Of a DNA stretch of 50,632 nt, positions 10,917-22,684 are shown one piece after another; the first letter of the stretch is position 1; each line of letters begins with the position of its first letter. The DNA comes from Chiloscyllium plagiosum (lineage: Eukaryota). The stretch is taken from contig NC_057719.1 of the NCBI RefSeq assembly GCF_004010195.1, forward strand, positions 62,320,796 through 62,371,427, written 5' to 3'. The translations under genes were made by a program, and so were the position numbers. The notes under the pieces are model-generated. The model was not told the origin of the DNA. It saw only the letters and a program-made list of their open reading frames with translations, and made no database searches.

Positions 10917-12479
10917 TGTTATTTATTTGTCCCATTTCCCCTCTCTCCTTTTCTTTCTACTTCACGTTCCATGGCCTTGAAACTCAGTTTCACCTAATGA
11001 TCACACGAGGGCTTGACTTCCTGGGTGAAACACTGCACGATATTAATGAGTGCAAAGACATTCACTATCACTAGAACATATTAGATGAACACACAGGATA
11101 GTGGGAAATGGACAAGATTCGGGTGCAACCTGGACATCCCAATCTTTGATGGACCGGCCACACTCAGGGGCAGGCTTCATGTCTTATGGGGACTTGATCA
11201 GTTGGACAGCTAAGGGCCTAACTGGTGTCTATGGAGTGGGTTCACACGAGTGGGTGTACCTGGACTCTTGGTATTTTGTCTGTCCTACCTAACTCTGCGT
11301 GCCATCAAACCCCCCCGCCAACATTTTTACATATGCTGAAGACACTTAGTATGCAGCACCTCTTTTTAACCTTGGCGTTGGCAATTGTAGTGCAATGACA
11401 ACATAACTGCTTCTGACTGGGACATACTGGAGCATACCTCAAGTATATCACGTGGAACTGAAAGCTAGGCCAGGTCCCTGTCATCCCACCTAATAGACAC
11501 CATATGCCTCCTTTGGGCATTATTGCTTGACCATGAAAAATCCCCAAAGCCCATGACTAGATCATGAGCACAAATCTTTCACATCAAAGAGCTGCTGCAA
11601 TGTTGAGAGCTCTAGATATTGAGCCTGACTGGTCTCGGTCCTGTATTAGCGATAAATGGAACATTTTGCCAACTTGAAAGCTCGTCCTGAATGGCAGACA
11701 TTAGGATTTAAACACCAGATACTGTTTCATCAACAAGTGAAAGCGACTGCAAGTGAGCAAAATGTTAAATGGAATGTATGAAACTATGCCAGCTTCCAAT
11801 AATTTAATGCAGCAATAACTTTCTCTCGAAATATCTATCTTTCATTTGGTGAGCCCAAGGGGACAGAGAGGATTGTGCATCAGAAAGTGTATTGAATAGC
11901 TTTACTCAACACTTGACTATCTGTCTACAGCAAGATATACTGGTGTTTACATCCATTGAAGTAACTGCTGTCTAGTTGCATTTAAACCTTTTCAGCTAAT
12001 GTGTAAGCTTGCTGTCAGATTTGTCCACGGTGAAGTAATGATTGAAACTGCTTGAATCCAACTGTAGTTGCTCACTCAGAAGTTTTAAAGGTGTAGACGT
12101 GGCTAGAACCGCAGCACTGGAACTATTTGTTTCCTTATAGTAACTTAAGTGATTAATGCACTAAAAGGGAAACTCAAGCTCAGATTGCCTCCGACAGGGA
12201 ATTTTGGAATACATGACTCTAGCGGGAGTAGGCCATTCAGCCCTTTGAACCCGCTCTGCTACTGCAAGGATTATTCCTTAGACCTCAGCTATTCACAATC
12301 TATATCAATGATTTGATATGATTTTATTCTTGTCACAGGAACTGTGATACAGTGAAAAGTTATTTTACAGCAAATTATTACCTTGCATAAGTACATCAGG
12401 GTAATAGAACAGAATGCAGAATATAGTCATACAGCTCCAGGGAAGGTGCAGAGAAAGATTAACTTTAATGGTGATGATG

Positions 12480-13125
12480 ATGTTACCATTCACAGAATCC
12501 TGCACCATCAACATCCTTGGGGTTCCCATTGACTAGAAGCTCAACTGGACTTGCCATATAAATACAGTGATTACAAGAGCAAGTCAGGAGGGTTGGGGTA
12601 TCTCGCTTCCTGCCTCTGTAAAACCTGTCTAACATCTACAAGACACAAGTCAGGAATGTAATTGAATACTTCCCACTTGTCTGGATGGCTGCAGCTCCAA
12701 CAGCACGCAACAAGCTTGACACCATCTTGGACAGAGCAGCCCTTCACCACTGACACTCAGTCGCAGCAGTATGTACTACCTACAAGATGCACTGCAGGAA
12801 TTCACCAAAGATCCTTGGACATCACCTTCCGAACCCATGACCATGTCCAACTCAAAGGACAAGAGCACCAGATACATGGAACCATGACCAACTGCAAGTT
12901 CCTCTCCAAGCCACTCACCATCCTGACTTTGAAATTTATCACCTTCACTGGCACGAGGTCAAAATCTTGGAATACTTTCCCTAATGGCATTGTGAGCCTT
13001 CAGCATGTAGACTGCAGCAGTCCAAGAAGGCAGCTCACCACCATCTTGTGAAGGTAGCTAGGCGGCAGGAAATAAATGCTGGCCAGGCAGCCAGCGATTT
13101 CCACGGCCCACGAGTGAATAGTAAG
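12480..13125 (+). mobile_element. 3' fragment of a CR1/L2-group LINE
   Basis: Decayed RT C-terminal coding (IYKTQVRNVIEYFPLVW-like; KSWNTFPN), then aataaa-type signal and an A-rich end; paralogous to 3990-4850. Confidence 0.65.
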
Positions 13126-13129
13126 AAAA

Positions 13130-13540
13130 TTCCACAAACGACCCTCAAAGAAAAAAACGAATTGGCATCTTAAACGGTGTTCATTACTTATAGGCTCCCC
13201 TACAAGAGGAAGAGCTCCTACTGCCATCCATCCTTTCAGATCCCCTCAGGATATTTTATGTTTCAATTTGATCACCTGTCATTCTTCTCAATTTCAGTGA
13301 GCCCAGACATGACCTCCTTAACGTTGCTTCAAATGATAAACCCTTCACCCCAGAAATGAGTTGACTAAAACTCATCTGAACTGTTTTTAATGCAATTATA
13401 TCTGTTTTTAAATCAAGAGACCAAAACTCTGCACGTTACTCAGGGTGCCCTGTACTCATGCAGCAGAATACTCCTACTTTTGTCTTCTATTCTCCTTGCA
13501 ATAAAAGTCAGGATTCCGTTTTCTTTGCTAATCCTGTGTA
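13130..13540 (-). mobile_element. Highly degenerate CR1 3' fragment
   Basis: gagaccaaaactctgcac..actc and tctccttgcaataaaagtcaggattcc match the reverse of CR1 QFWSP-region motifs; a related 3' tail sits at about 12210-12260. Confidence 0.45.
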
Positions 13541-13947
13541 AAATGTGTAGTTGGCTATGCACCAATTTTACAACAAATTATGCCAGCACAAAAATATTCT
13601 TCACTCCTTATTTCTTAAGATTAGCAGAGCTGCAGGTGCTCACTTTGTCATTATTTAAATACAGGTGTATTTAGTCATATTTCTTCACTCACTCAATGAC
13701 GGAACTAATCTGAATTCACTTTAAAGAAATGCATTCATCTGAATTGTTAAATATTGCAGGGAGAGTGTTTATAAGGAACAGTGTTCTCTTTCTGACTTTG
13801 ATTTTGTTTTTTTCCCACTTTATTAGTGCTGAGCAGGTAGCTAGGAGCAGGAAAACGCCTTCAATGCTATTAACATTGAGTCATATTAATTTTTAATGCT
13901 TGCTCTTCTGAGCATGTCCATGTTGAATATTATCTTCTTGCTCCCAG

Positions 13948-14004
13948 AATGCCTCGAATAGAAGGACAACCAAACTACACAGTGACTCTGAAGAAGTGAG
14001 TCAG
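13948..14004 (+). CDS. Candidate short internal exon (48 nt to 13995 or 57 nt to 14004)
   Basis: Acceptor tatcttcttgctcccag; two donors GAA|gtgagt (13996) and CAG|gtatat (14005), both giving lengths divisible by 3. Reads NASNRRTTKLHSDSEE(VSQ) or MPRIEGQPNYTVTLK. Confidence 0.45.
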
Positions 14005-14469
14005 GTATATGGTTAAAAGAGGGCCACTTTATAATGAAACTTGGAGCCCAGTAGAAAATGAGAGTTTTACCCCTCCCTCTACTCCAAAAGATTCTTATTT
14101 AGAATGAGATTGCAATGTAGAGAATAATGAATTTTTGAATTGATAGCTAGTTAATGTTCTCATTGAGAGCAGAAGGATAAGGCTCATGAGAAACATAAAA
14201 CTGAACAGTGCATTGGTACTTGCATTTCTGAGAATGGGTTTTATTAATGAATGTGGTGAGGGGAAAGCAAACAAGTGACTGCCTTAAGGAGATGCTGTAG
14301 TTGATCTGAGTGTGTTTGGAACTGACGGCAGTACTGAAACCTTGTACAATAGAGTAATTGTTTCATTCCCAAGCGATAAGATACTTTGTTGATAATTATC
14401 ATTCTTCATCTGCTGATAAAAATTCTCAAATCGGGGTTTGGGTGCACACTTAAGTATCACTGCTTGAAG

Positions 14470-14768
14470 TTAGATTAGATTAGATTGGACTTCCTACAGT
14501 GTGGAGATAGGCCCTTCAGCCCAACAACTCCACACTGACCCTCCAAAGAGTAACCCACCCAGACCCATTTCCCTCTGACTAATGTACCTAACACTATGGG
14601 CAATTCAGCACATCTTTGGACTGTGGGAGGAAACCAGAGCACCCGGAGGAAATCCACGCAGACATGGGGAGAATATGCAAACTCCACATAGAGAGTCGCC
14701 CGAGGCTGGAATCGAACCTGGGACCCTGGGGCTGTGAGGCAGCAGTGCTAACCACTGAGCCACCATGC
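14470..14768 (-). mobile_element. HE1-type V-SINE
   Basis: Reverse strand: tRNA head GGTGGCTCAGTGGTTAGCACTGCTGCCTCACAGC, B-box GGTTCGATTCC, V-domain GGAGTTTGCATATTCTCCCC, (AATCT)n tail. Confidence 0.92.
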
Positions 14769-16034
14769 ATGGGGAAAAGATTAAAGTTGCAATCTGGATG
14801 AAGTGGTTCCACAGCATTGGCTAATCCTTCTTCTTCAGTTTGAAAACAGAGAACTGTACTCCTAATTTTCTTTGTGAAACAAAAAGGTTTTACTCAGCAG
14901 CTCCTAAAGATGGCTGGCCATTGGATTGACAGTGACCAATGGGTGTTGGCTCCAATGGTGAAACCTTTGTTGTGTAGTCTTAGTTGTATAGTCAGGAGGA
15001 GATGGTATTTCGAGGTGAAGGACAAATGGCATGTCAACCCCGGGTTGCTCTTGGCTGCATTGACAGCAGCAATTTGGAGATATTTCTCTGTCATATCTAT
15101 TCATTGCATGCAGGTAGCATATATAAAAAAACTTAAGTAATTTTGCTGTATAGTTCCTGCAGTATTAAAGGGGTCTTCTTATAGCTAGATATCGTTGTTA
15201 AGACTTGTGTTTTAGTGAAAATATTTTCTTCTTTAATGGGTTCGCATTTAGTGCTTCTTAAACACAATGATCCAGAAGTTGTATTGACTTTATAATTTAT
15301 GTCGTAATTTTATCAATTATTTCTGACCCTGTCAAATTAGACAATGAGGGGATTAATTATCATTAGCTGCAGAAATATGTTTATCAAGTTTAAAAGGGTT
15401 TTTGCTAGTTGACTGTCTGACCCACCTCCAAACAGTAACTAAGCACCAACTGGATTGTGTGGGCTAACGTAATTGATTCCTTTATGTACTACTGAGGAGA
15501 ATTAAGAAACCTGAAAGTTGGCAAATATTGAGTAGCTAGTGTTAACAAGGCAGAGAGAAACGTTTTAATTTAATTGTTCTTGGTAAACACTTGATGGTGG
15601 CTCCTATTTTGAGAATCAAGGCCCAGTTTATGACCATCCTCCACAAATGGTATGGTATTTGAAAGGCTGGGCAAAATTTACATTTCCTCCTTGCCCCTCT
15701 CCCGCCAACCCCACTCAGAACAGTAAAGCATTGAAGGTGTTTAATCAGGTGGGAAGCCAAAGGATGGATTCCATTCCTTCCCAAAATTCCTCTTTGAAGT
15801 TAGGGATGGGTCAAGGTTGGCCTACCCATCTCTGGACCAACTGAGGCTCTTAAGTCGCCAATTAATGGCTACTAAAAGACTGTTTCCCGCTGCCAGATTA
15901 GGGCTGCGTAACAATTGCACAAGCAAATAGAAATCTGGACAAAATGCTTGGGTTTATTCGAGAACTATTGTATCATTTCAGTGTGTTTGAATTCTAAACA
16001 TGTACAGGGCTCTGTTTGGTGAAGTACCCAAAAC

Positions 16035-16244
16035 TGAAAATGTGTTGCTGGAAAAGCGCAGCAGGTCAGGCAGCATCCAGGGAACAGGAGAATCGACGTT
16101 TCGGGCATAAGCCCTTCCTGAAGAAGGGCTTATGCCCGAAACGTCGATTCTCCTGTTCCCTGGATGCTGCCTGACCTGCTGCGCTTTTCCAGCAACACAT
16201 TTTCAGCTCTGATCTCCAGCATCTGCAGACCTCACTTTCTCCTC
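16035..16244. mobile_element. Penelope-derived fold-back mini-element, perfect 84-bp inverted repeat
   Basis: 16034-16117 is the exact reverse complement of 16123-16206 (loop ctgaa). 14-bp TSD gaa(g/a)tacccaaaac at 16021-16034 and 16245-16258. Confidence 0.9.
16115..16150 (+). ncRNA. Minimal type I hammerhead ribozyme motif
   Basis: CUGAAGA (16118-16124), A, stem II GGGC-UUAU-GCCC, GAAA, palindromic ACGU mini stem III, GUC cleavage triplet. Matches the minimal hammerheads known from Penelope pLTRs; activity untested. Confidence 0.75.
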
Positions 16245-16590
16245 GAAATACCCAAAACACCTATAAAGAGAGATTGCAGAGACTGAGTTTGTCAGAAAAG
16301 GCTCATGTATGTAATGCTGCATTTTGCAAATAAGCTATTATCCTGAAAGGGAAATGCATTGAGTTTCATTCTTCACCATTTGTCTTGGGATCAAATTATC
16401 AGGGTGTCTTTGAAAACATTTTGAAGTGATTAGCTACGAGGACAGCTTGATGATGTTATGCCAGCTCCAGTCTGGGAATGTCCAGTAAAGAATGTCAGAT
16501 GCATCATCGTTGCGCAGGTACAGAGATGAAATTCTCAGCAGAGAGATTTACCTGATTCAGTGGTGAGCATCCTGATTTATTACAAACCTC

Positions 16591-17221
16591 TGTCACAAAG
16601 CTGGTATCTTTTTTTCTAAAAGCTGTTCCTTTTCTCAAGGATACTGTGTCCTTGGTTTTCTTCAGAGGGATCATAAAACCCTCTTGACTCCGAGGAGACT
16701 AGTTTGATATAGAGATGAAAAAGGACTTTTGTTTCTATGTAAACAGATGAAACTTCAGGCCAAAGTGGCCATGTTTTAGAAGTGATCTGTATAATGAAAG
16801 GGAAGTGGTCAGCTCTCTGGCTGAGCAGTTCAGTGTAGAATTAGTTAGGAGTTCAGCTGCGTGGAAACAGGTTGGTAAACTCTGTCTCTCCTTCTGCCCT
16901 TCTAACTTGAACCTATAAGCATTTGTTCAATTTTCACTTTTTTTAAAGGGGGGGGTTGCTTATTGGCACTGTTGTGTATGTTCAGAACAGCATAATTAAG
17001 TCTAGTTTGGATAGATTGAGAACTGTCGGGGTTCTTTATTCTGTTCTATGTGTTTCATTGTGTAATTTTGTGAATAATGTTTTGTCTGTATTAAAACCTG
17101 ATAGTCAACCTCGCTAACTTCAGATAATTTTCACTGTACACTTAGTGAAACAAATTGCGAAGTTATGGTCTGGGCTTCCTGCTTTAAGAACGTTTTGAGT
17201 GGTATGGCCTAGTCCATAACA
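16591..17221 (+). repeat. 5' LTR (631 bp)
   Basis: Begins tgtcacaaag, ends agtccataaca; colinear with 23820-24260. Confidence 0.9.
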
Positions 17222-17224
17222 GAC

Positions 17225-17243
17225 TGGGGGCTCTTTGCGGGAT
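17225..17243 (+). promoter_or_regulatory. Primer-binding site, tRNA-Pro-like (degenerate)
   Basis: tgggggctctttgcgggat, 3 nt after the LTR; resembles the tRNA-Pro PBS TGGGGGCTCGTCCGGGAT. Confidence 0.75.
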
Positions 17244-17322
17244 GTTAAGCAGCGAGAGGTAGGTTGCTAGTGTCTTTATTTAGCGTGTTGATTTGATTGG
17301 GCAGACAAGGCTTGGGATAGTA

Positions 17323-18520
17323 ATGGCTCTTTTTGTCACCAAGGTTTTTCTGGAAGTGGATGCGGTGACTTTGGAAGTTTTGCAAATGGTGAATAAGACC
17401 AAACTGCAGCAGTTAGCAGACCACCTGGGATTGGACCTGCCTGCTTCTGTGAGGAAAGGAGAGATAATTACAGCAATAGCTCAGCATTTCAACTTGCCGG
17501 AGAAACCATCAGAATCTGTAGAGATGGCAAGAATCGATTGCAAATGTAGTAGCTTGAATTAGAGGCGAGAGCTAAGGAAAGGGCAGCAGCAATGAGACAG
17601 TTTGAGTTACAATTGAAAGCAGAAGAGAGCAAAAAAGAACCGAAGAGAAAGAAAAAGAGCAGCAGAGCAGAGAGAAAGAGGGAGCTTTTGAACTTCAAAA
17701 ACTTAAAAAGGCAAGTCAGCTTAAAAGGCTGGAGATAAAGGCTGAGGGTAGGCTCAGTGAGGAAGAGAGTGAGGACGAGCAAGCCCCTGGTAGTCAGAAG
17801 CTGAGTGAGAAACTGGTTCGGTACGTTCAAACATTGCTTAAATTTGACGAGAAGGCTGTGGAAGCCTTTTTCGTCTCATTTGAAAAGGTGGCTAAACAAA
17901 TGCAGTGGCCAGTGGCAATGTGGGTTTTGTTGTAGGTAGGACTAGTGAGGTATTCTCATCATATCAGAGGAGGTATCTGGGGAGTATGAGAGGGTGAAAA
18001 AAGCCATTTTAAGTGCATATGTGCTTGTACCAGATGCCTAGAGACAATGTTTCAGGATTCTAAGGAGGGACCAAGGTCAAACCTATACTGAGTTTGAAAG
18101 GATCAAACCGAGTCATTTTGATAGATGGATAAACGCTTTAAAAATCAAGCAAACCTATGATGCCCTTAGGTAATTATTTTGGAGGAATTCAAAAATTCAC
18201 AGCCTGAAGTAGTGTGAACTCATGTGGAAGAGCAAAGAGTTAAACAGCAAGGTTAGCAGCTGAAGTGGCTGATGATTATGAACTCGTCCATAAAACACGG
18301 TTTGGCTCCCAGAATCAATTTCAGTCCATGAGGGATAGAAACTGGGGCAAAGAGAAATCCTCACGTGGAAAAGGAAAGATAGATCTCAGTGAAGATCATA
18401 AGGATAACTTACCGCATAGTTAAAAAAAGAAATCCTTAAGGGGGACAAAGAAGTTAAAATGCTCCGGTGTTTTCACTATAGTAAAGTGGGCCACACAAAA
18501 TCATAGTGTTGGTGGGCTAG
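17323..18520 (+). pseudogene. gag: gag (N-terminal helical region, coiled coil, SCAN-like capsid, zinc knuckle), broken
   Basis: MALFVTKVFL..KTKLQQLADHLGL..RKGEII; KFDEKAVEAFFVSFEKVAKQMQWP; decayed CCHC knuckle CFHYSKVGHTKS*C at 18468-18509; many stops and frameshifts. Confidence 0.8.
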
Positions 18521-18659
18521 GAGAAAGCCAGATGTAGGAAAACCAGACAGGCCTGGGAGTTCTGTTGGACTAATAACAAAAAGTACAAGGGAGGTTAGAC
18601 AACTGCCTCAGAGTGCATAAGATGATCAGAGGTTGGTTAAGGAGGAAGTGCCAGATCTG

Positions 18660-19030
18660 CTTAAACAATACACATACAAGGCTAAAGTTTATTCACATAG
18701 GCCAGGAGTAGCAGGTAAAATGATTACAATATGAAGGGACACCGGATCCTCTCAGTCTGTGATGCTGAAGGATGAGGAGATATGCACTCCTGAGGGACTA
18801 TTGCCAGAAAAGGTGCAGGTAACAGGAATTCATGGTGAGACAAAAAGTGCTCAGTTATGGAAAATGAGGCTAGAGAGTCCAGAGAAGAGTGGAGAATTTG
18901 TGGTAGGAGTATTTGACAAACTCTCAGCTCCGGGAATACAATTTGTCCTTGCAAATGATCTAGCTGATTCACTGGTAGGCATGCTGCCTACTCCAGTTGA
19001 AAAGCCAGTGGAGAAGCGGCAACTGAAGAA
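18660..19030 (+). pseudogene. Aspartic protease remnant
   Basis: I*RDTGSSQSV with DTG at 18738-18746; downstream GIQFVLANDL corresponds to the ILGND motif. Confidence 0.75.
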
Positions 19031-19379
19031 GTGAAGCATGTCTATTTAGGGATTTTCCCTGATTGTATGGTCACAAGATCACAGAGACACGAGTTGAAGC
19101 AGGAGCGATCAAAATGCTCAGATAAGAAAGCTGATATAGCTTTATCCAAGACACTTTTTTTGATCAGGTAATTGGGACAGAGCAGGAGCAAATAGGTAAA
19201 CCTGCAAATATCTTTAGCTGTACTATGCTTATTGAGTTACAGCAGAAAGATGAGACTTTAGAACATTTATATCAAAAGGCATATACAGAGAGAGCGAGTT
19301 AATGCATTCCTGGGTGTTATTAACAAATGATGTCTTAATGAGGAAATGAAGATCATCACACATTTAAGCAGATGAGGAA

Positions 19380-20540
19380 GGGGCAGAGATTCATCAAATT
19401 ATTTTGCCAGTAGGGTATAGAAAGGAGGTGCTGCGAGGGGCGAATGAGCTACCACTTGGAGGTCATTTTAGGGGTGAGGAAAACACAGGCTAAAATACAA
19501 AGACATATTTACTGGCCTGGACTACACAAGGATGTAGTTGAATTTTGCCAGATGTGTCATATGTCAGCTAATCGGAAAACCACAGGCAGTAATAAAACTT
19601 GCACCTTTAGTGCCTATTCTAGCATTTAAGGAACCTTTCACAAGAGTCTAGATTGATTGTGCAGGTCCCCTACCTCAATCACCTGATGAAGGAGCGTCGC
19701 TCCGAAAGCTAGTGTGCTTCCAATTAAACCTGTTGGACTATAACCTGGTGTTGTGTGATTTTTAACTTTGTACCTCAAACAAGTGGGAATAAGTATTTAT
19801 TAACAATAATGGATTTGTTGACTAGATTTCCCAAGGCAATTCCATTACACAACATCGCAGCTAAAAGGGTTGTAGACGAACTACTTAAATTTTGTACGCG
19901 ATACGGACCACAAATAGAGATCCAGTCAGATCAAGGATCAAACTTCATATCCAAGCTATTCAAGGAGGTTATGGATAACTTGGAAATAAAGCAATTCAAA
20001 TCTACTGCGTACCATCCAGAATTGCAGGGAGCACTAGAGAGATGGCATCAAGCACTAAAGACCATGTTGAGGGCTTATGGTCAGGATTATCCAGATGATT
20101 GGGATAAGTGCTTTTTGCGATCAGGGATGCACCAAATGAATCGACCAAATTCAGTCCATTTGAATTAATTTTTGGGCATGAAGTAAGAGGACCGTTAAAA
20201 TTGATTAAGGAGAAATTAATAATTCAGAATTTAGAGACCACCAATTTGGACTATGTGTCAAATTTTAGAGAAAGATTAAATAGAGATGATGAGACAGTAT
20301 TTGAAATTATCACAGCATACAATGAAACAGGAAGCAGATAAAAATTTGCAAATTTTCAATTGGCGATAAGATATTGGTGTTACTTCCAGTAACAGGTGAG
20401 CCTTTAAAAGCCAGGTTTAGTGGTCCTTATCAAATTGAGAAGAAATTGAGTGAGGTGAACTACTTGATAAGGACTCCAAACAGGAAAACATCTCACAGTG
20501 TGTGTCATGTGAATATGCTCAAAAAGTATTTTGATAGGGA
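19380..20540 (+). pseudogene. Integrase remnant (upstream of RT)
   Basis: GHLGVRKT..YWPGLHKDVVEFCQMC zinc finger, IDCAGPLP, YLLTIMD..TRFPKAIPL, IQSDQGSNF, YHPELQGALERWHQ, C-terminal FSGPY..HVNMLK. Confidence 0.9.
19679..19770 (+). mobile_element. 92-bp hammerhead-containing insertion (second Penelope-type pLTR family) inside the integrase
   Basis: CTGATGA-A-GGAGC-GTC-GCTCC-GAAA-GCTA; 8-bp direct repeat tacctcaa at 19671-19678 and 19771-19778. Removing it restores GPLPQTSGNKYLLTIMD. Confidence 0.85.
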
Positions 20541-20820
20541 ATGAAAACAAGAGGAGAAGGTGTTAATGATTATAGCACAGAAGGAAGAAGCAAGTTCAGA
20601 GAATTCTGAATTGGATATTCCTCAAATCAAATTGGACAATGAGGAAGTTGTCAAAAATTGGGATAAATTATTGAGTTACCTTCCACAAGAAAATCGAAAT
20701 GACCTGAAAGTGTTAGTACTATCATATGGGGAGATATATGGAGATAAACTGGGAAATACTAACCTAATTGTGCATGTAGAGATAGGAGATGCTGTTCCGA
20801 TTAAGCAACTTCCTCATAGG

Positions 20821-21766
20821 TAAAAAGAATTACTGCAGATGCTGAAAACCAGAGTCTAGATTAGAGTGGTGCTGGAAAAGCACAGGCAGCATCCGAGGAG
20901 CAGTAAAATCGACGTTTCAAGCAAAAGCTCTTCATCAGGAATACAAGCAGAGAGCCTGAAGCGTGGAGAGATAAGTGAGAAGAGGGTGGGGGTGGGGAGA
21001 AAGTAGCATAGAGTGCATTAGGTGAGTAGGGGAGGGGATGAAGGTGATAGGTCAGGGGGNNNNNNNNNNNNNNNNNNNNNNNNNNNNNNNNNNNNNNNNN
21101 NNNNNNNNNNNNNNNNNNNNNNNNNNNNNNNNNNNNNNNNNNNNNNNNNNNNNNNNNNNNNNNNNNNNNNNNNNNNNNNNNNNNNNNNNNNNNNNNNNNN
21201 NNNNNNNNNNNNNNNNNNNNNNNNNNNNNNNNNNNNNNNNNNNNNNNNNNNNNNNNNNNNNNNNNNNNNNNNNNNNNNNNNNNNNNNNNNNNNNNNNNNN
21301 NNNNNNNNNNNNNNNNNNNNNNNNNNNNNNNNNNNNNNNNNNNNNNNNNNNNNNNNNNNNNNNNNNNNNNNNNNNNNNNNNNNNNNNNNNNNNNNNNNNN
21401 NNNACCTGACCAGGTAGTCACGGAGGGAACGGTCTTTGCGGAAGGCGGAAAGGGGTGGGGAGGGAAATATATCCCTGGTGGTGGGGTCTTTTTGGAGGTG
21501 GCGGAAATGTCGGCGGATGATTTGGTTTATGCAAATGTTGGTAGGGTGGAAGGTGAGCACCAGGGGCATTCTGTCCTTGTTATGGTTGGAGGGGTGGGGT
21601 CTGAGGGCAGAGATGTGGACGAGATGCATTGGAGGACATCTTTAACCACGTGGGAAGAGGAATTGTGGTCTCTGAAGAAGGAGGCCATCTGGTGTGTGTT
21701 CTGAGATGGAACTGGTCCTCCTGGGAGCAGATACGGCAGAGGCGGAGGAATTGGGAATATGGGAAT
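20821..21766 (-). mobile_element. 5'-truncated Penelope-like element (Neptune-type) inserted in the Gypsy RT
   Basis: Minus strand: PYSQFLRLCRICS, PLVLTFHP..IIRRHFRHLQKDP..IFPSPPLSAFRK; 3' pLTR with hammerhead-like CTGATGAAGAGCTTTTGCTTGAAACGTC at about 20910-20938. Exact 13-bp TSD acttcctcatagg at 20808-20820 and 21767-21779. Confidence 0.9.
21060..21403. other. Assembly gap (N run)
   Basis: 344 Ns inside the Penelope insertion. Confidence 1.
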
Positions 21767-22045
21767 ACTTCCTCATAGGCATAACCCTCTAAAGTTGGCA
21801 CAGGTTCAGAAAGAGATAGATCACATGCTCCAAGATGGCATGATCTAAGTGAGTTACAGTGACTGGAGCTCACTCATAGTCATGGTGCCAAAGCCAGATG
21901 GTACCCAATGGTTATGTGTGGGCTATCGCAAAGTCAACGTCGTTACAAAGACTGATGCATATCCGATTCCATGGTTTAAGCACGGTGTCAAAAAAGTGGG
22001 ACAAGCAACTTACATTTCTAAGTTGGACTTCCTCTTACTACTGGC

Positions 22046-22684
22046 TGTTAGTTTCTTGTGGTTTCACGCACAAGATGCAATTCACACACACCAGCTTTCT
22101 GCAAACAGATCCAGTTTATGTAAGCTTCTGTATGCTAGGTGACCCCCTTTGATCCTCTTCACAGTGAAGTGAAGTCGGTCAATGTGAGGCCCTGAACAAA
22201 CAAAACACATTCCCCTTTATACAGGCCAGTTGGCCATGCGTACAGATGTTCTGGCCACTCTCGCATAGTCTCATGCCACTCAAGACAACCCCCAATTGCT
22301 CCCAGTCACAAGTTACCCCAGTACAATGGCAGGGTGAGATCATCCTCCGAGATAATGCAAATGCTGATGCCTTAATCCTGGAGAATCATTATGTGGATGA
22401 TTTCCTGACTCAGTGATTCCTCGTGACAATGCAAGTGTGACATACCTCTGGCTGGAAAGCATTTCTGAATGGAAGAGATTGAATGATAGTTTAACTTGAC
22501 AATAGCAGGGGAGTAATAGCAAATGACTCTAAATGATGTGTGAATTACAATGGATAGTTTCCTGATTCCATAGTTTCCATGTTGTTTCCTTATTGTCATT
22601 ATCACCCAAAGACAGTGCAGATTAATCCTTTAATATTACATTCAAGTCCAAAGAGGTATTCTCATTTAATCTTTCAATATTACA
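22046..22684 (-). mobile_element. Solo LTR (639 bp) of an unrelated LTR element or ERV, inserted in the Gypsy RT
   Basis: TGT...ACA termini; 5-bp TSD ctggc/ttggc (22041-22045, 22685-22689); splits the RT motif YW|QVP; minus-strand TATAAA at 22216-22221. Confidence 0.8.

Noticed and set aside
11005..11555. Possible Harbinger-like MITE (gggct.. / ..agccc ends); similar GC-richer blocks at about 3830-3990 and 15665-15940
   Set aside because: Terminal match too short and degenerate, and no TSD; cannot be supported by eye.
12305..12470. Possible minus-strand LINE 3' tail (aataaaatcatatcaaatc on the reverse strand)
   Set aside because: No coding remnant to assign a family; left unannotated.
20861..21421. 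Long ORFs containing X runs
   Set aside because: Artefacts of the N gap.
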